From Candidatus Micrarchaeota archaeon (GTDB taxonomy: Archaea; Micrarchaeota; Micrarchaeia; Anstonellales; Bilamarchaeaceae): a stretch of 64,000 nt of DNA. The position numbers and the translations under genes were made by a program. The stretch's first letter is position 1; each line of letters opens with the position of its first letter. The notes beneath the pieces are model-generated. The model did not search any database and had not been told where the DNA came from. It was given only the letters and a program-made list of their open reading frames with translations. The stretch is from NCBI GenBank assembly GCA_022627495.1, contig JAKEGJ010000004.1, positions 622-64,621 of the forward strand, read 5' to 3'. Positions 38,983 to 47,322 of this stretch are shown one piece after another.

Positions 38983-39852
38983 TCAAAGCTTCTTCCCCGT
39001 CAGCATCGCATACGCCTGGAGGTATCTCTCGGTGGTTTTCTGCACCACTTCGGGCGGAAGGGGCGGGGGCGGCGGGCTCTTGTTCCATCCCGTTCCCTCA
39101 AGGTAGTTCCGCACATACTGCTTGTCAAGGCTTTCAAGGATGCCGACGTCGTATTTCTCTTCCAGCCAGTATCTTGATGAATCGGGCGTCAGCGCCTCGT
39201 CAATCAGGATGACCTTCCTGTCCTTATCCAGGCCGAACTCGAATTTGGTGTCGGCAAGCACGAGGCCACGCTTGCGGGCGTAAGCGTCGGCGAAGTCATA
39301 GAGCTCGATGCTTTTCTGGCGCACGGTCTCGAACGTCTCATCGCCGACAAGCTGCCTCGCCCGCTTCTCGTCTATGTTCTCATCGTGCCCCTTTTCGGCC
39401 TTCGTCGAGGGAGTGAATATCGGGTTCGGCAATTCGCTCCCGTCATGGAGGCCTGCCGGCAATTGGATGCCGCAGACCGAGCCCTTCTTCTGGTACTCCT
39501 TCCATGCGCTTCCCGTGATGTGCCCGCGCACCACGCATTCGAGCGGGAGCGGGGTGCATTTCTCCACCACCATGCTCCTTCCTTTCAGGTAACCGGGCAG
39601 ATTATTTACCTTCGGGAGTTCAAGCGTGACGAAATGGTTCCGGATTATCTTTTTCGTCTTTTCGAACCAGAACGCCGAGAGCCGGTTCAGCACCTCGCCT
39701 TTCCGCGGGATTCCTTCCCTGAAAACGACGTCGAACGCGCTCAGGCGGTCGGTCGCCACCATCAGGAGGCTTCCTTCGAGCACATAAGTGTCGCGCACCT
39801 TGCCTTTGCGGAGAAGCGGCAATTCAAGACTGGTGGAAGTGATGGTTTCCAT
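38983..39852 (-). CDS. purC: SAICAR synthase
   Basis: GKVRD, TDRLSAFD, ECVVRG, DTKFEFG, DEALTPDSSR. Confidence 0.95.
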   Translation of the reverse strand: METITSTSLELPLLRKGKVRDTYVLEGSLLMVATDRLSAFDVVFREGIPRKGEVLNRLSAFWFEKTKKIIRNHFVTLELPKVNNLPGYLKGRSMVVEKCTPLPLECVVRGHITGSAWKEYQKKGSVCGIQLPAGLHDGSELPNPIFTPSTKAEKGHDENIDEKRARQLVGDETFETVRQKSIELYDFADAYARKRGLVLADTKFEFGLDKDRKVILIDEALTPDSSRYWLEEKYDVGILESLDKQYVRNYLEGTGWNKSPPPPPLPPEVVQKTTERYLQAYAMLTGKKL

Positions 39853-39886
39853 GCCATGCATTTCCAGCTTATCATTAAAAATCTGA

Positions 39887-40816
39887 TTAAACGCCTTTCT
39901 TTTTGCCGCCTTCCCTTGCCCCGTCAATGATTTCAAGGAGCTCCTGCAATAAATCAAGGTTGAGCATGGGCTTCCCGAATTCTTCCGTATCGTCTGACAT
40001 CCTTGGGCATGCTGTGTTGATTAGGCATTCGAAGGTCATGAAGTTCTTCAGCGCCATCGGCTCGATCTCGTTCGCGGCAACGATCATAGCCTCGAACCCA
40101 CGTTTATCGAGCTCCTTCTTCGCCCACTGCGCGCCTGCCATGTTGAACTGGCCCGGCTTCGTGCTTAGAAGGATGGCAAACCGTTTGCACATGTACGCCC
40201 TCGTGATTGCCCCCTTCCTGCGCTTGCGGAGCGCTGCTATCTCCGTATCGAGCCTTTTCACAGTGCGTGCCGAAGGGTTGTACGCGAAAACCGGCTTTTC
40301 CGTTGCCAGTGCAAGGGGGTGGAACATCCCGTCGCCGACGAATACGATTGCATCCGCGTCCTTTTCCACGGATTTCACTGCGCCCCCGTCGCATCCGAGA
40401 ATCTGGCCCGGCACCTGCGCCCGCTCTCCCTTCCCAATCAGGACCCGCTTGCCATGGTTTTCGAGGAATTGCTTCATCCCCTCAAGCTGGTGGACGTGCT
40501 GGACTGTAGTGGCGAGCGCTATGGTTTTGCCGCCGCCCAAGTGAGGCAGCACCGCTGATAGGCCCTCCACGTCCATATCCAGCTTGTATTCGACATATTC
40601 GACAGGAATGGGCAAATCCCCCTTCATGAAGCGGTTATGCCCGAAATGGATGATTTTGTCCGCTTTGAGCCATCCCGCTTCGTCAAGCGCCAGGTCGCAC
40701 GCCCCGTAGCATGCGGACGCTGATAGGAACACCTCGTGCCCCTCCTTCTCGTATTGCCTTGCATACTGGGCGGCTTTCTGCTTGAGCCCTTCCGGGAACT
40801 GGAGAAGAATCCTCAT
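39887..40816 (-). CDS. dph2: Diphthamide biosynthesis enzyme Dph2
   Basis: LQFPEGLK, CYGACD, GQILGC, TACPR. Confidence 0.93.
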   Translation of the reverse strand: MRILLQFPEGLKQKAAQYARQYEKEGHEVFLSASACYGACDLALDEAGWLKADKIIHFGHNRFMKGDLPIPVEYVEYKLDMDVEGLSAVLPHLGGGKTIALATTVQHVHQLEGMKQFLENHGKRVLIGKGERAQVPGQILGCDGGAVKSVEKDADAIVFVGDGMFHPLALATEKPVFAYNPSARTVKRLDTEIAALRKRRKGAITRAYMCKRFAILLSTKPGQFNMAGAQWAKKELDKRGFEAMIVAANEIEPMALKNFMTFECLINTACPRMSDDTEEFGKPMLNLDLLQELLEIIDGAREGGKKKGV

Positions 40817-40861
40817 CTGCTTACACTTCCAAACATACAATGACAATAACATTAATTAACA

Positions 40862-41854
40862 TTATCGCCGTGGCTCGTGTGCCGTGCCGTCATCCGTCCT
40901 GATTCCATCATCCGGCACGCTCTCCATCCTTGCGAAATACATGTCGGTGCTGCTTTCAATCATGTCCTCGGAATACCGGATAATCTTGAGGGATTTGTCC
41001 AGGACCGCCTTCAGCGCCAGCATCCTGGTCTTGTCGCTCTCCTTCTTGAGGCCGGATTCCGCCTTCTGCAGGTACGCCATATACTCGTTTTTCGCTTCGG
41101 TGAACTGCCCCCGGTCCAATTCGTTCGTGGACAGGGCCCGATACGCCGAAGCGTACACCTTCGCCGAGCGCTCAAGGAGTCCGGCGACCAGCGGGTACGG
41201 TCCCGCTTCCTTCGCATCCAGGCAGATGTCCAGAAGATGGTCGCCCACCTTCTCTATGCTCTTTGCGGCTATCGCCTTGAACACCGCCTCCCTGCTTGAA
41301 AAGCCCTCCACGCACATCGTCCTTAGGAGGAGGAGGTATAGCCTGTCCACATCATCCTCTTTCCTGGATATTTCTGTGAAGACATCTGCGCCCTTCTCGC
41401 TGTACGCTGCCGCAGACAGCTCGAACATGGAATTCGTCACATTGAACGCCCGCTTGATGATGCCGTCTATGTTGATGTCCTCGAATGAGAGCACCCTCAA
41501 GGTGAGCGCATCGCCCGTCTCGTCCGTGATTTCCACCCCGGCAAGCACGCGCCTTGCCTCTTCTGCGATTGTGCTCATCCCCTGGCCCCTGAGGACGATG
41601 GTCCCGGCCCCGCCGACGTATGCCGATACGATGTTCCTCATGGCGGCTTCGGCGGCGTTCTTGGAGACCTCGATAGTGCAGCTTTTCACCCCCTTCTTGG
41701 CCTGCTTGAGTGACAGCGTGAGCGTTCCGTCGCCGTTCTCATTCAGGTAAATCGCATCCCCCTTGTTCACGCTCCGCTTGGTTATCCATTCGTGCGGCAG
41801 CGATACGATGAACGTATTCCTTCCCGTAATCTGGATTTTCCTCGGTGCATCCAT
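40862..41854 (-). CDS. phoU: Phosphate uptake regulator (AbrB-PhoU)
   Basis: RKIQITG..TFIVSLP.EW AbrB domain; EDDVDRLY, EKVGDH. Confidence 0.88.
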   Translation of the reverse strand: MDAPRKIQITGRNTFIVSLPHEWITKRSVNKGDAIYLNENGDGTLTLSLKQAKKGVKSCTIEVSKNAAEAAMRNIVSAYVGGAGTIVLRGQGMSTIAEEARRVLAGVEITDETGDALTLRVLSFEDINIDGIIKRAFNVTNSMFELSAAAYSEKGADVFTEISRKEDDVDRLYLLLLRTMCVEGFSSREAVFKAIAAKSIEKVGDHLLDICLDAKEAGPYPLVAGLLERSAKVYASAYRALSTNELDRGQFTEAKNEYMAYLQKAESGLKKESDKTRMLALKAVLDKSLKIIRYSEDMIESSTDMYFARMESVPDDGIRTDDGTAHEPRR

Positions 41855-41865
41855 ACAATCTCCTC

Positions 41866-41921
41866 TTGGTATATACCAATAATACCTGAATATATACATT
41901 TTGGGAAAGATATATAAAGAA
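41866..41921 (-). promoter_or_regulatory. TATA box plus palindromic operator of phoU
   Basis: Perfect palindrome TTGGTATATACCAA (41866-41879) downstream of minus-strand TTTATATA. Confidence 0.65.
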
Positions 41922-42123
41922 ACCCTTCCGCATGCTATCAGTGAGAAAATGGCAAGTCCGGCAGACTACAAACTTTTCAGGGAAATCGGGAGCGATTCCT
42001 TTTCCTCGGTAATCCAGGCACGGAACTACCGGATGAGGAAGTGCGCCCCGCTCGTAGAGCCGCCCCATAACTGAACGGGATGGCGCGGGTTTCCCAAATC
42101 GCATTATTTCCGTATCTACTGTT

Positions 42124-42179
42124 TTGGTATATACCACAAATACTAAACAATATACTGTTTTGGAAAGGTATATAAAGAA
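42124..42179 (-). promoter_or_regulatory. Second copy of the TATA + TGGTATATACCA module
   Basis: Imperfect ~55-bp direct repeat of 41866-41921. Confidence 0.6.
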
Positions 42180-42419
42180 CTTGTGGGATTAGTTAGCAGA
42201 GCGAGTGAGACAAATGTCTCTAACGCTAACCACCGGATTTAGAGGAGAGGCCCCCACCCCTCCTCATTTTTTGAAAACTCCGGCGGGAGCGCTGTCTTCT
42301 TCGGGGTATCGGGTTTCCGGTTTCCGGTTTTGGGTTTAGGGCCGGGGCTCTGCTGCAGCTATTTGTCTTGAAAATCGATAAAATCAGGGAAAAGTGGAAA
42401 AAAGAAGAATTTTTTGGCT

Positions 42420-44828
42420 TCAGTCGTCGTTGAACATGCCCGAATCCTCGTCCTTTTCAGGCTTCATCAGTTTGGCGAGGCGGTGCAGCATGATTTTCTG
42501 CTCCGCGCTGGCAACGATTTTCCGGGTCCGCTCGACGGCGTCGGGATTGACCGACATGCTCGTAATGCCGAATTCCACGAGCCTTTCCGCGAACTCGGGG
42601 TAGACCGAAGGCGCCTGGCCGCAGAGCGAGCTTGTGACGCCGAACCTGTTGCAGGTCGTAATCACGCGCTTCAACGAGCGTAGCACGGCCTCGTTCCTCT
42701 CATCAAAGCCCTTGGCCATAGTGGCGTTGTCCCTGTCTATGCCCAGAGTGAGCTGGGTGAGGTCGTTCGTGCCTATGGATATGCCGTCTATGCCTTCCTT
42801 GCAGAACTGGTCTATCAGGATGACCGTGCTCGGCACCTCGACCATTATCCAGAGCTTGAAGTCCCTGGTCCGGAACAGCTGGACCTCGTCCATGATATCC
42901 TTGATTGCGCGGAGTTCGCCGATTCTCCTGATGAAAGGTATCATCAGGTGGAGGTTCCTGAGGTTGTATTCCTCCCTGACCTTCTTTATCGCGGCAAGCT
43001 CGAGCTTGAACAGTTCCGGCTCGCGGATATACCTGGCCGCCCCGCGGTATCCCATCATGGGGTTCTCCTCGTGCGGCTCGTACTTCTCCCCGCCTTCGAG
43101 GTTGCGGTATTCGTTGGTCTTGAAGTCTGACGCGCGGTAGACGACCGGCCTCGGGTAGAACGCCGCCGCGAACCTGCGCATGTCGTCCGCGAGCTTGTCC
43201 ACGTATTCCTGGCCGCGCCCCTCTTCGAGCATCTTCCTCGGGTGCTGGCCGATTCCGGCCATCATGAACTCCGCCCGCAGAAGCCCTATCCCGTCGCACT
43301 GCAGTGCGGCCACCTTCTCGGCCTGGTCCACATCTGCAAGGTTCACGTAAATCTTCGTGCCTGTTATCGGCGCGGCTGCCGCGACCACTGCCGCATTCAT
43401 CGCTCCTGGCTTTGCCGCAGCCTCGGGAGCTGAAACAAGGCCTTCATAGATGATGCCATGGCTGCCGTCCACCGAAACATCCATGCCGTCTTTCAGGACG
43501 GTCGTCGCATTGCCGGTGCCGACAACGCACGGGACGCCGAGCTCCCTGCTGACTATGGCCGCGTGGCTTGTCATGCCCCCCGTGTCCGTCACTATTGCCG
43601 ATGCCTTCTTCATGCCCGGCACGAAATCCGGCGTTGTCATCTCCGTGACCATCACGTCGCCGCGCTCCATGTTCTTGATTTCCTTCGAGTTGCGGATTAT
43701 CTTGACCTTGCCCATTCCCATTCCAGGCGATGCGCTCAGGCCCTTGACGATGATTTTCGCGCTTCCGACACCCTGCCCTGAAGCCGCCTTCGGCGCCTCC
43801 TTCTGCCCCTGCGATTTCGTATCAGCGTTCACAAGCTCGCCTCCGGTCCCCTTCTCCAATCCCTTCTTGTCCGTCAATGTAGTAATCGGCCTGGCCTGGA
43901 CGATGTACAGGTTGTCTTTCTCGAATCCGTATTCTATGTCCTGCGGATATCCGTAGTGCTCTTCGATTTTCCTGCAGATTTTGGCAAGGTCCTTGATTTC
44001 CATGTCAGACAGCTTCTGCCTGCCCTGGGCCTCGTCCTTTATTTCGACGCGCTTGTTCTTGCCCTCCATCTTGATGAGCATCCACGGCTGCTTGACCACG
44101 CTTTTATCGATGATTCCGAACTCCTTCTTGTCCACGCGGTACGTGTCCGGGGTGACCTGGCCGCTGACCACGACTTCGCCGAGGCCGTAAGCCGTCTCGA
44201 TTGAGAGGATGTCCGGGTCCTGGTATAACGGGTCCACGGTGAAAACGACGCCCGCCTTCTCGCTCTGGACCATCATCTGGACGACTGCGGCCAGCCCGAC
44301 CTTCATGTGCTCGAACTTGTTCTCGACACGGTAGAAAATGGCCCTCGGTTCGAAGAGCGACGCCCAGCATTCCTTGACCGACTTGACGACCTCTTCGGCT
44401 CCGTAGACGTTGAGGTAAGTGGACTGCTGGCCGGCGAAGCTCGCGGTGGGGAGGTCCTCGGCTGTCGCGCTGCTTCGGACAGCGACATACACCTGGCGGC
44501 CCACCATCTCGTTAAGCTGCTTGTATGAGTTGATGATGTCATTCTGGACGTCGACCGGCATAGTGCCCTTCACTATCATCTCCTTGATGTCCTCGGACGC
44601 CTTCATGAGGGCGTCATTGTCGTTGACGTCGAGCTTGCCAAGAATCCTGGTTATCGGTTCCCGGAGGTTGTTAGCTTCCAGATGCTTGTAATAGGAGCCT
44701 GCGGTCACGACGAACCCGTTCGGTATGGGGAAACCGTTCTGGAGCATCTCGCCCAGATTTGCGCCCTTTCCGCCCGCTTCAGCCAGATTCTTCTTGCTAA
44801 GCTCCTTGAACCACATCACGTTTTTCAT
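42420..44828 (-). CDS. ppsA: Phosphoenolpyruvate synthase
   Basis: GGKGANLGE, VRSSATAED, GGMTSHAAIVSRE, IGLLRAE, SIGTNDL. Confidence 0.97.
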   Translation of the reverse strand: MKNVMWFKELSKKNLAEAGGKGANLGEMLQNGFPIPNGFVVTAGSYYKHLEANNLREPITRILGKLDVNDNDALMKASEDIKEMIVKGTMPVDVQNDIINSYKQLNEMVGRQVYVAVRSSATAEDLPTASFAGQQSTYLNVYGAEEVVKSVKECWASLFEPRAIFYRVENKFEHMKVGLAAVVQMMVQSEKAGVVFTVDPLYQDPDILSIETAYGLGEVVVSGQVTPDTYRVDKKEFGIIDKSVVKQPWMLIKMEGKNKRVEIKDEAQGRQKLSDMEIKDLAKICRKIEEHYGYPQDIEYGFEKDNLYIVQARPITTLTDKKGLEKGTGGELVNADTKSQGQKEAPKAASGQGVGSAKIIVKGLSASPGMGMGKVKIIRNSKEIKNMERGDVMVTEMTTPDFVPGMKKASAIVTDTGGMTSHAAIVSRELGVPCVVGTGNATTVLKDGMDVSVDGSHGIIYEGLVSAPEAAAKPGAMNAAVVAAAAPITGTKIYVNLADVDQAEKVAALQCDGIGLLRAEFMMAGIGQHPRKMLEEGRGQEYVDKLADDMRRFAAAFYPRPVVYRASDFKTNEYRNLEGGEKYEPHEENPMMGYRGAARYIREPELFKLELAAIKKVREEYNLRNLHLMIPFIRRIGELRAIKDIMDEVQLFRTRDFKLWIMVEVPSTVILIDQFCKEGIDGISIGTNDLTQLTLGIDRDNATMAKGFDERNEAVLRSLKRVITTCNRFGVTSSLCGQAPSVYPEFAERLVEFGITSMSVNPDAVERTRKIVASAEQKIMLHRLAKLMKPEKDEDSGMFNDD

Positions 44829-44970
44829 TGAAAACCCTCTCCTGCATCTCCAAGTGGGGTTTTCTATCCCCATCTTGGGCCATTCTCATTACAACCCCTT
44901 TAGGCCTCTCCAATAAGACTGAGCATCAATCTCATATATCGTTTATAAAACTTTGGCGGGTGTTCTACGC

Positions 44971-45789
44971 ATGGCTGCCCCCATACCCATGGAAATGAAG
45001 CTGATTGGCGCGATGCCCTGCTGTTTCGGATTCTTCTTCCTCTTCGGCAGCGCCATGCTCCTCAACGACGCGCTCCAGCAGTACCTTCTGGGGCAGAAAA
45101 TCAGGAACACCCCGACATCCAAGGCGCGCGCTGCCGCCATAGGCCTTGTCGAGCTTGCAGGGAAGGCCAAATGCCTTGAAAAGCTGACTGCGCCGATAAC
45201 CAAGACGCCCTGCGCCTATTACGAGGTGTGCGCACAGTACTACTACCAGCACAAGAAATCCAGCGGCTGGCGCACGTTCTACCGCGACGAGTCGGGCAAA
45301 AGGTTCTTCCTCGAGGACGATTCTGGCAAGGTGCTGGTGGACCCGGGAAGCGCGAAGATGAACCTCTCGGCCGACTTCACATTCAAGGGCACGCTGAACG
45401 ATACGCAGTTCTTCGGGCTCCTGCCATCCAACCAGGTGGACAAGAAGGTTCTTGATTACCTGGAGGCCAACCCGAAGGCCAAGGAGGCCGCGAAGGGCAT
45501 GAGCGGGAAGCAATTGCGCTTCATGGAATACTATGTCGCGGAAGGCGACCCCCTCTTCGTTTTGGGGAGTGCAGAGCCCCTCGAAGGCGCGACGAGCGCC
45601 GTCGCCTCGGAGAACCTCGTCGTCCGCAAGAACTCCCGTGACAAAATCATGCTGATCAGCGAGAAGTCCGAGAAGGCCACGCTCGGCGTCCTCGGCCTGA
45701 AGTTCTACATCGAGATATTCTTCGGGCTGTTCATGGTGTTCATATCGATAATGGCTGTTGCTGTATCTATAGGCTTATTTCTGGTGTGA
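44971..45789 (+). CDS. GIDE/BAM-domain membrane protein
   Basis: NTPTSKARAAAIGLVEL.G, F.LEDDSG..LVDP; TM helix at each end. Confidence 0.8.
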   Translation: MAAPIPMEMKLIGAMPCCFGFFFLFGSAMLLNDALQQYLLGQKIRNTPTSKARAAAIGLVELAGKAKCLEKLTAPITKTPCAYYEVCAQYYYQHKKSSGWRTFYRDESGKRFFLEDDSGKVLVDPGSAKMNLSADFTFKGTLNDTQFFGLLPSNQVDKKVLDYLEANPKAKEAAKGMSGKQLRFMEYYVAEGDPLFVLGSAEPLEGATSAVASENLVVRKNSRDKIMLISEKSEKATLGVLGLKFYIEIFFGLFMVFISIMAVAVSIGLFLV

Positions 45790-45791
45790 TT

Positions 45792-46571
45792 ATGGCTGAT
45801 GGCGACAATCCATGCTGCGGCGGACTTATAGCGTTCCTGATAGGCATAACCCTGATTTACGGCGGGACCCAGCGTTTCCTGCTTGCGCAGAAAATCAAGA
45901 ACACGCCAACGTCAAAAGTCCGCTCGGCGGCAGTTGGCCTCGTCGAGCTTTTCGGCAAGGCAAAATGCAAGGATGCCATCGACAGCCCGATATCCAAGGT
46001 GCGCTCAGCCTACTGGCGCGTCAAGGGCGAATACTACAAGCCCGGAAAGCACGGAGGCTGGCGCGACATATACAATGCCTCCTCATCCACACCGTTCTAT
46101 CTTGAAGACGACACTGGCAAGATGCTGGTTGAGCCTAAAGAGGCGGAAATAGACATCCCCCAGGATTTCTTCAACAACGGCCACCTGTCCGAAGGCGGCG
46201 TGTTCGGGCTCTTCAAGAGCAAGGTGCTCGACAAGAAGGTCCTGGACTTCCTCGCCGCGACGCCCGCGGCCAATTCTGCGTTCAAGGCGCATTCGGGCTT
46301 CGATTTGCGCGTCACCGAGTGGTTCATAGCGGAAAACGACCCGCTCTACGTCATGGGGACTGCCGAGCCGGTGAAGGGCGCCGTAAGCGCGATTGCCCAT
46401 GAGAACCTAATTGTGAAAAAGGGCAAGGGCGTCGACATCCTATATATCTCGGACTCCGGGGAGAAGAAGGTCGTTGACAAGGTCTCGGGCTCCATCTGGT
46501 GGATGCTCGGCCCGGGTTTCATCCTCTCAGCGATAGGTTTATTTGTGCTATTATCATCGTTTATCCAGTGA
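45792..46571 (+). CDS. GIDE/BAM-domain membrane protein (tandem paralog)
   Basis: NTPTSKVRSAAVGLVEL.G, PFYLEDDTG. Confidence 0.8.
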   Translation: MADGDNPCCGGLIAFLIGITLIYGGTQRFLLAQKIKNTPTSKVRSAAVGLVELFGKAKCKDAIDSPISKVRSAYWRVKGEYYKPGKHGGWRDIYNASSSTPFYLEDDTGKMLVEPKEAEIDIPQDFFNNGHLSEGGVFGLFKSKVLDKKVLDFLAATPAANSAFKAHSGFDLRVTEWFIAENDPLYVMGTAEPVKGAVSAIAHENLIVKKGKGVDILYISDSGEKKVVDKVSGSIWWMLGPGFILSAIGLFVLLSSFIQ

Positions 46572-46576
46572 TTTTA

Positions 46577-47263
46577 ATGGCTGGGGAAGTCGTCATACTC
46601 TGCTGTGGATTCTTCGTGTTCGTGCTGGCACTGCTGGCGGCGTTCTATGTCTTCTCGATATACAACGGCCTGATATCGCTCCGGAACAACATCGAAAAAG
46701 CGTGGGCGAATATCGACGTATTGCTGAAGCAGAGGACGGATTTGATTCCGAACCTGGTCGAGACCGTCAAGGGATACATGAAATATGAGAAGGGGACGCT
46801 CGAGGAGATAACCCGCCTCAGGACAAGCATGATGAGCGCAACTACCCCTGGCGAGAAGGCGCTTGCGAGCGAAGGCATAAGCGCGGCGCTGAAGACAATA
46901 TTCGCTGTAGCCGAGAACTACCCGAAGCTTGAGGCCAGCCAGAACTTCCTCAAACTGCAGGAGCAGCTCTCGGCCATAGAGAACCAGATTGCTGACAGGC
47001 GCGAATTCTACAACGACTCAGTCATGCTGTTCAACACGAGGATACACTCTGTTCCGGATACGATTTTCGCCTCCATGATGGGCCTGAAAGACAAGGAATA
47101 CTTCAAGGTCGCCGAAGAGGACAAGAAGATTGTGCAGGTGAAGATGGACGAGGATACTCCGAAAGCCTCAGAGTTTGAGGCTAAGGCGCCAGAACCCGCT
47201 GCGAAGGCCGAGACCAAAGCGAAGCCGGAGCCGAAGGCGAAAAGCGGCGAAGCGAAGAAATGA
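46577..47263 (+). CDS. lemA: LemA family protein
   Basis: YNGLISLRN..WANIDVLLKQR.DLIPNLV; AVAENYP.L. Confidence 0.92.
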   Translation: MAGEVVILCCGFFVFVLALLAAFYVFSIYNGLISLRNNIEKAWANIDVLLKQRTDLIPNLVETVKGYMKYEKGTLEEITRLRTSMMSATTPGEKALASEGISAALKTIFAVAENYPKLEASQNFLKLQEQLSAIENQIADRREFYNDSVMLFNTRIHSVPDTIFASMMGLKDKEYFKVAEEDKKIVQVKMDEDTPKASEFEAKAPEPAAKAETKAKPEPKAKSGEAKK

Positions 47264-47322
47264 GCCGCCTTCATGCGGATGCGGCTCGCCTGTCTTTTTA
47301 ATTCTCCTTCCGAAATATCATT

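Noticed and set aside
41739-42137. 132-aa ORF upstream of phoU
   Set aside because: Overlaps the promoter and the phoU start; no motif support
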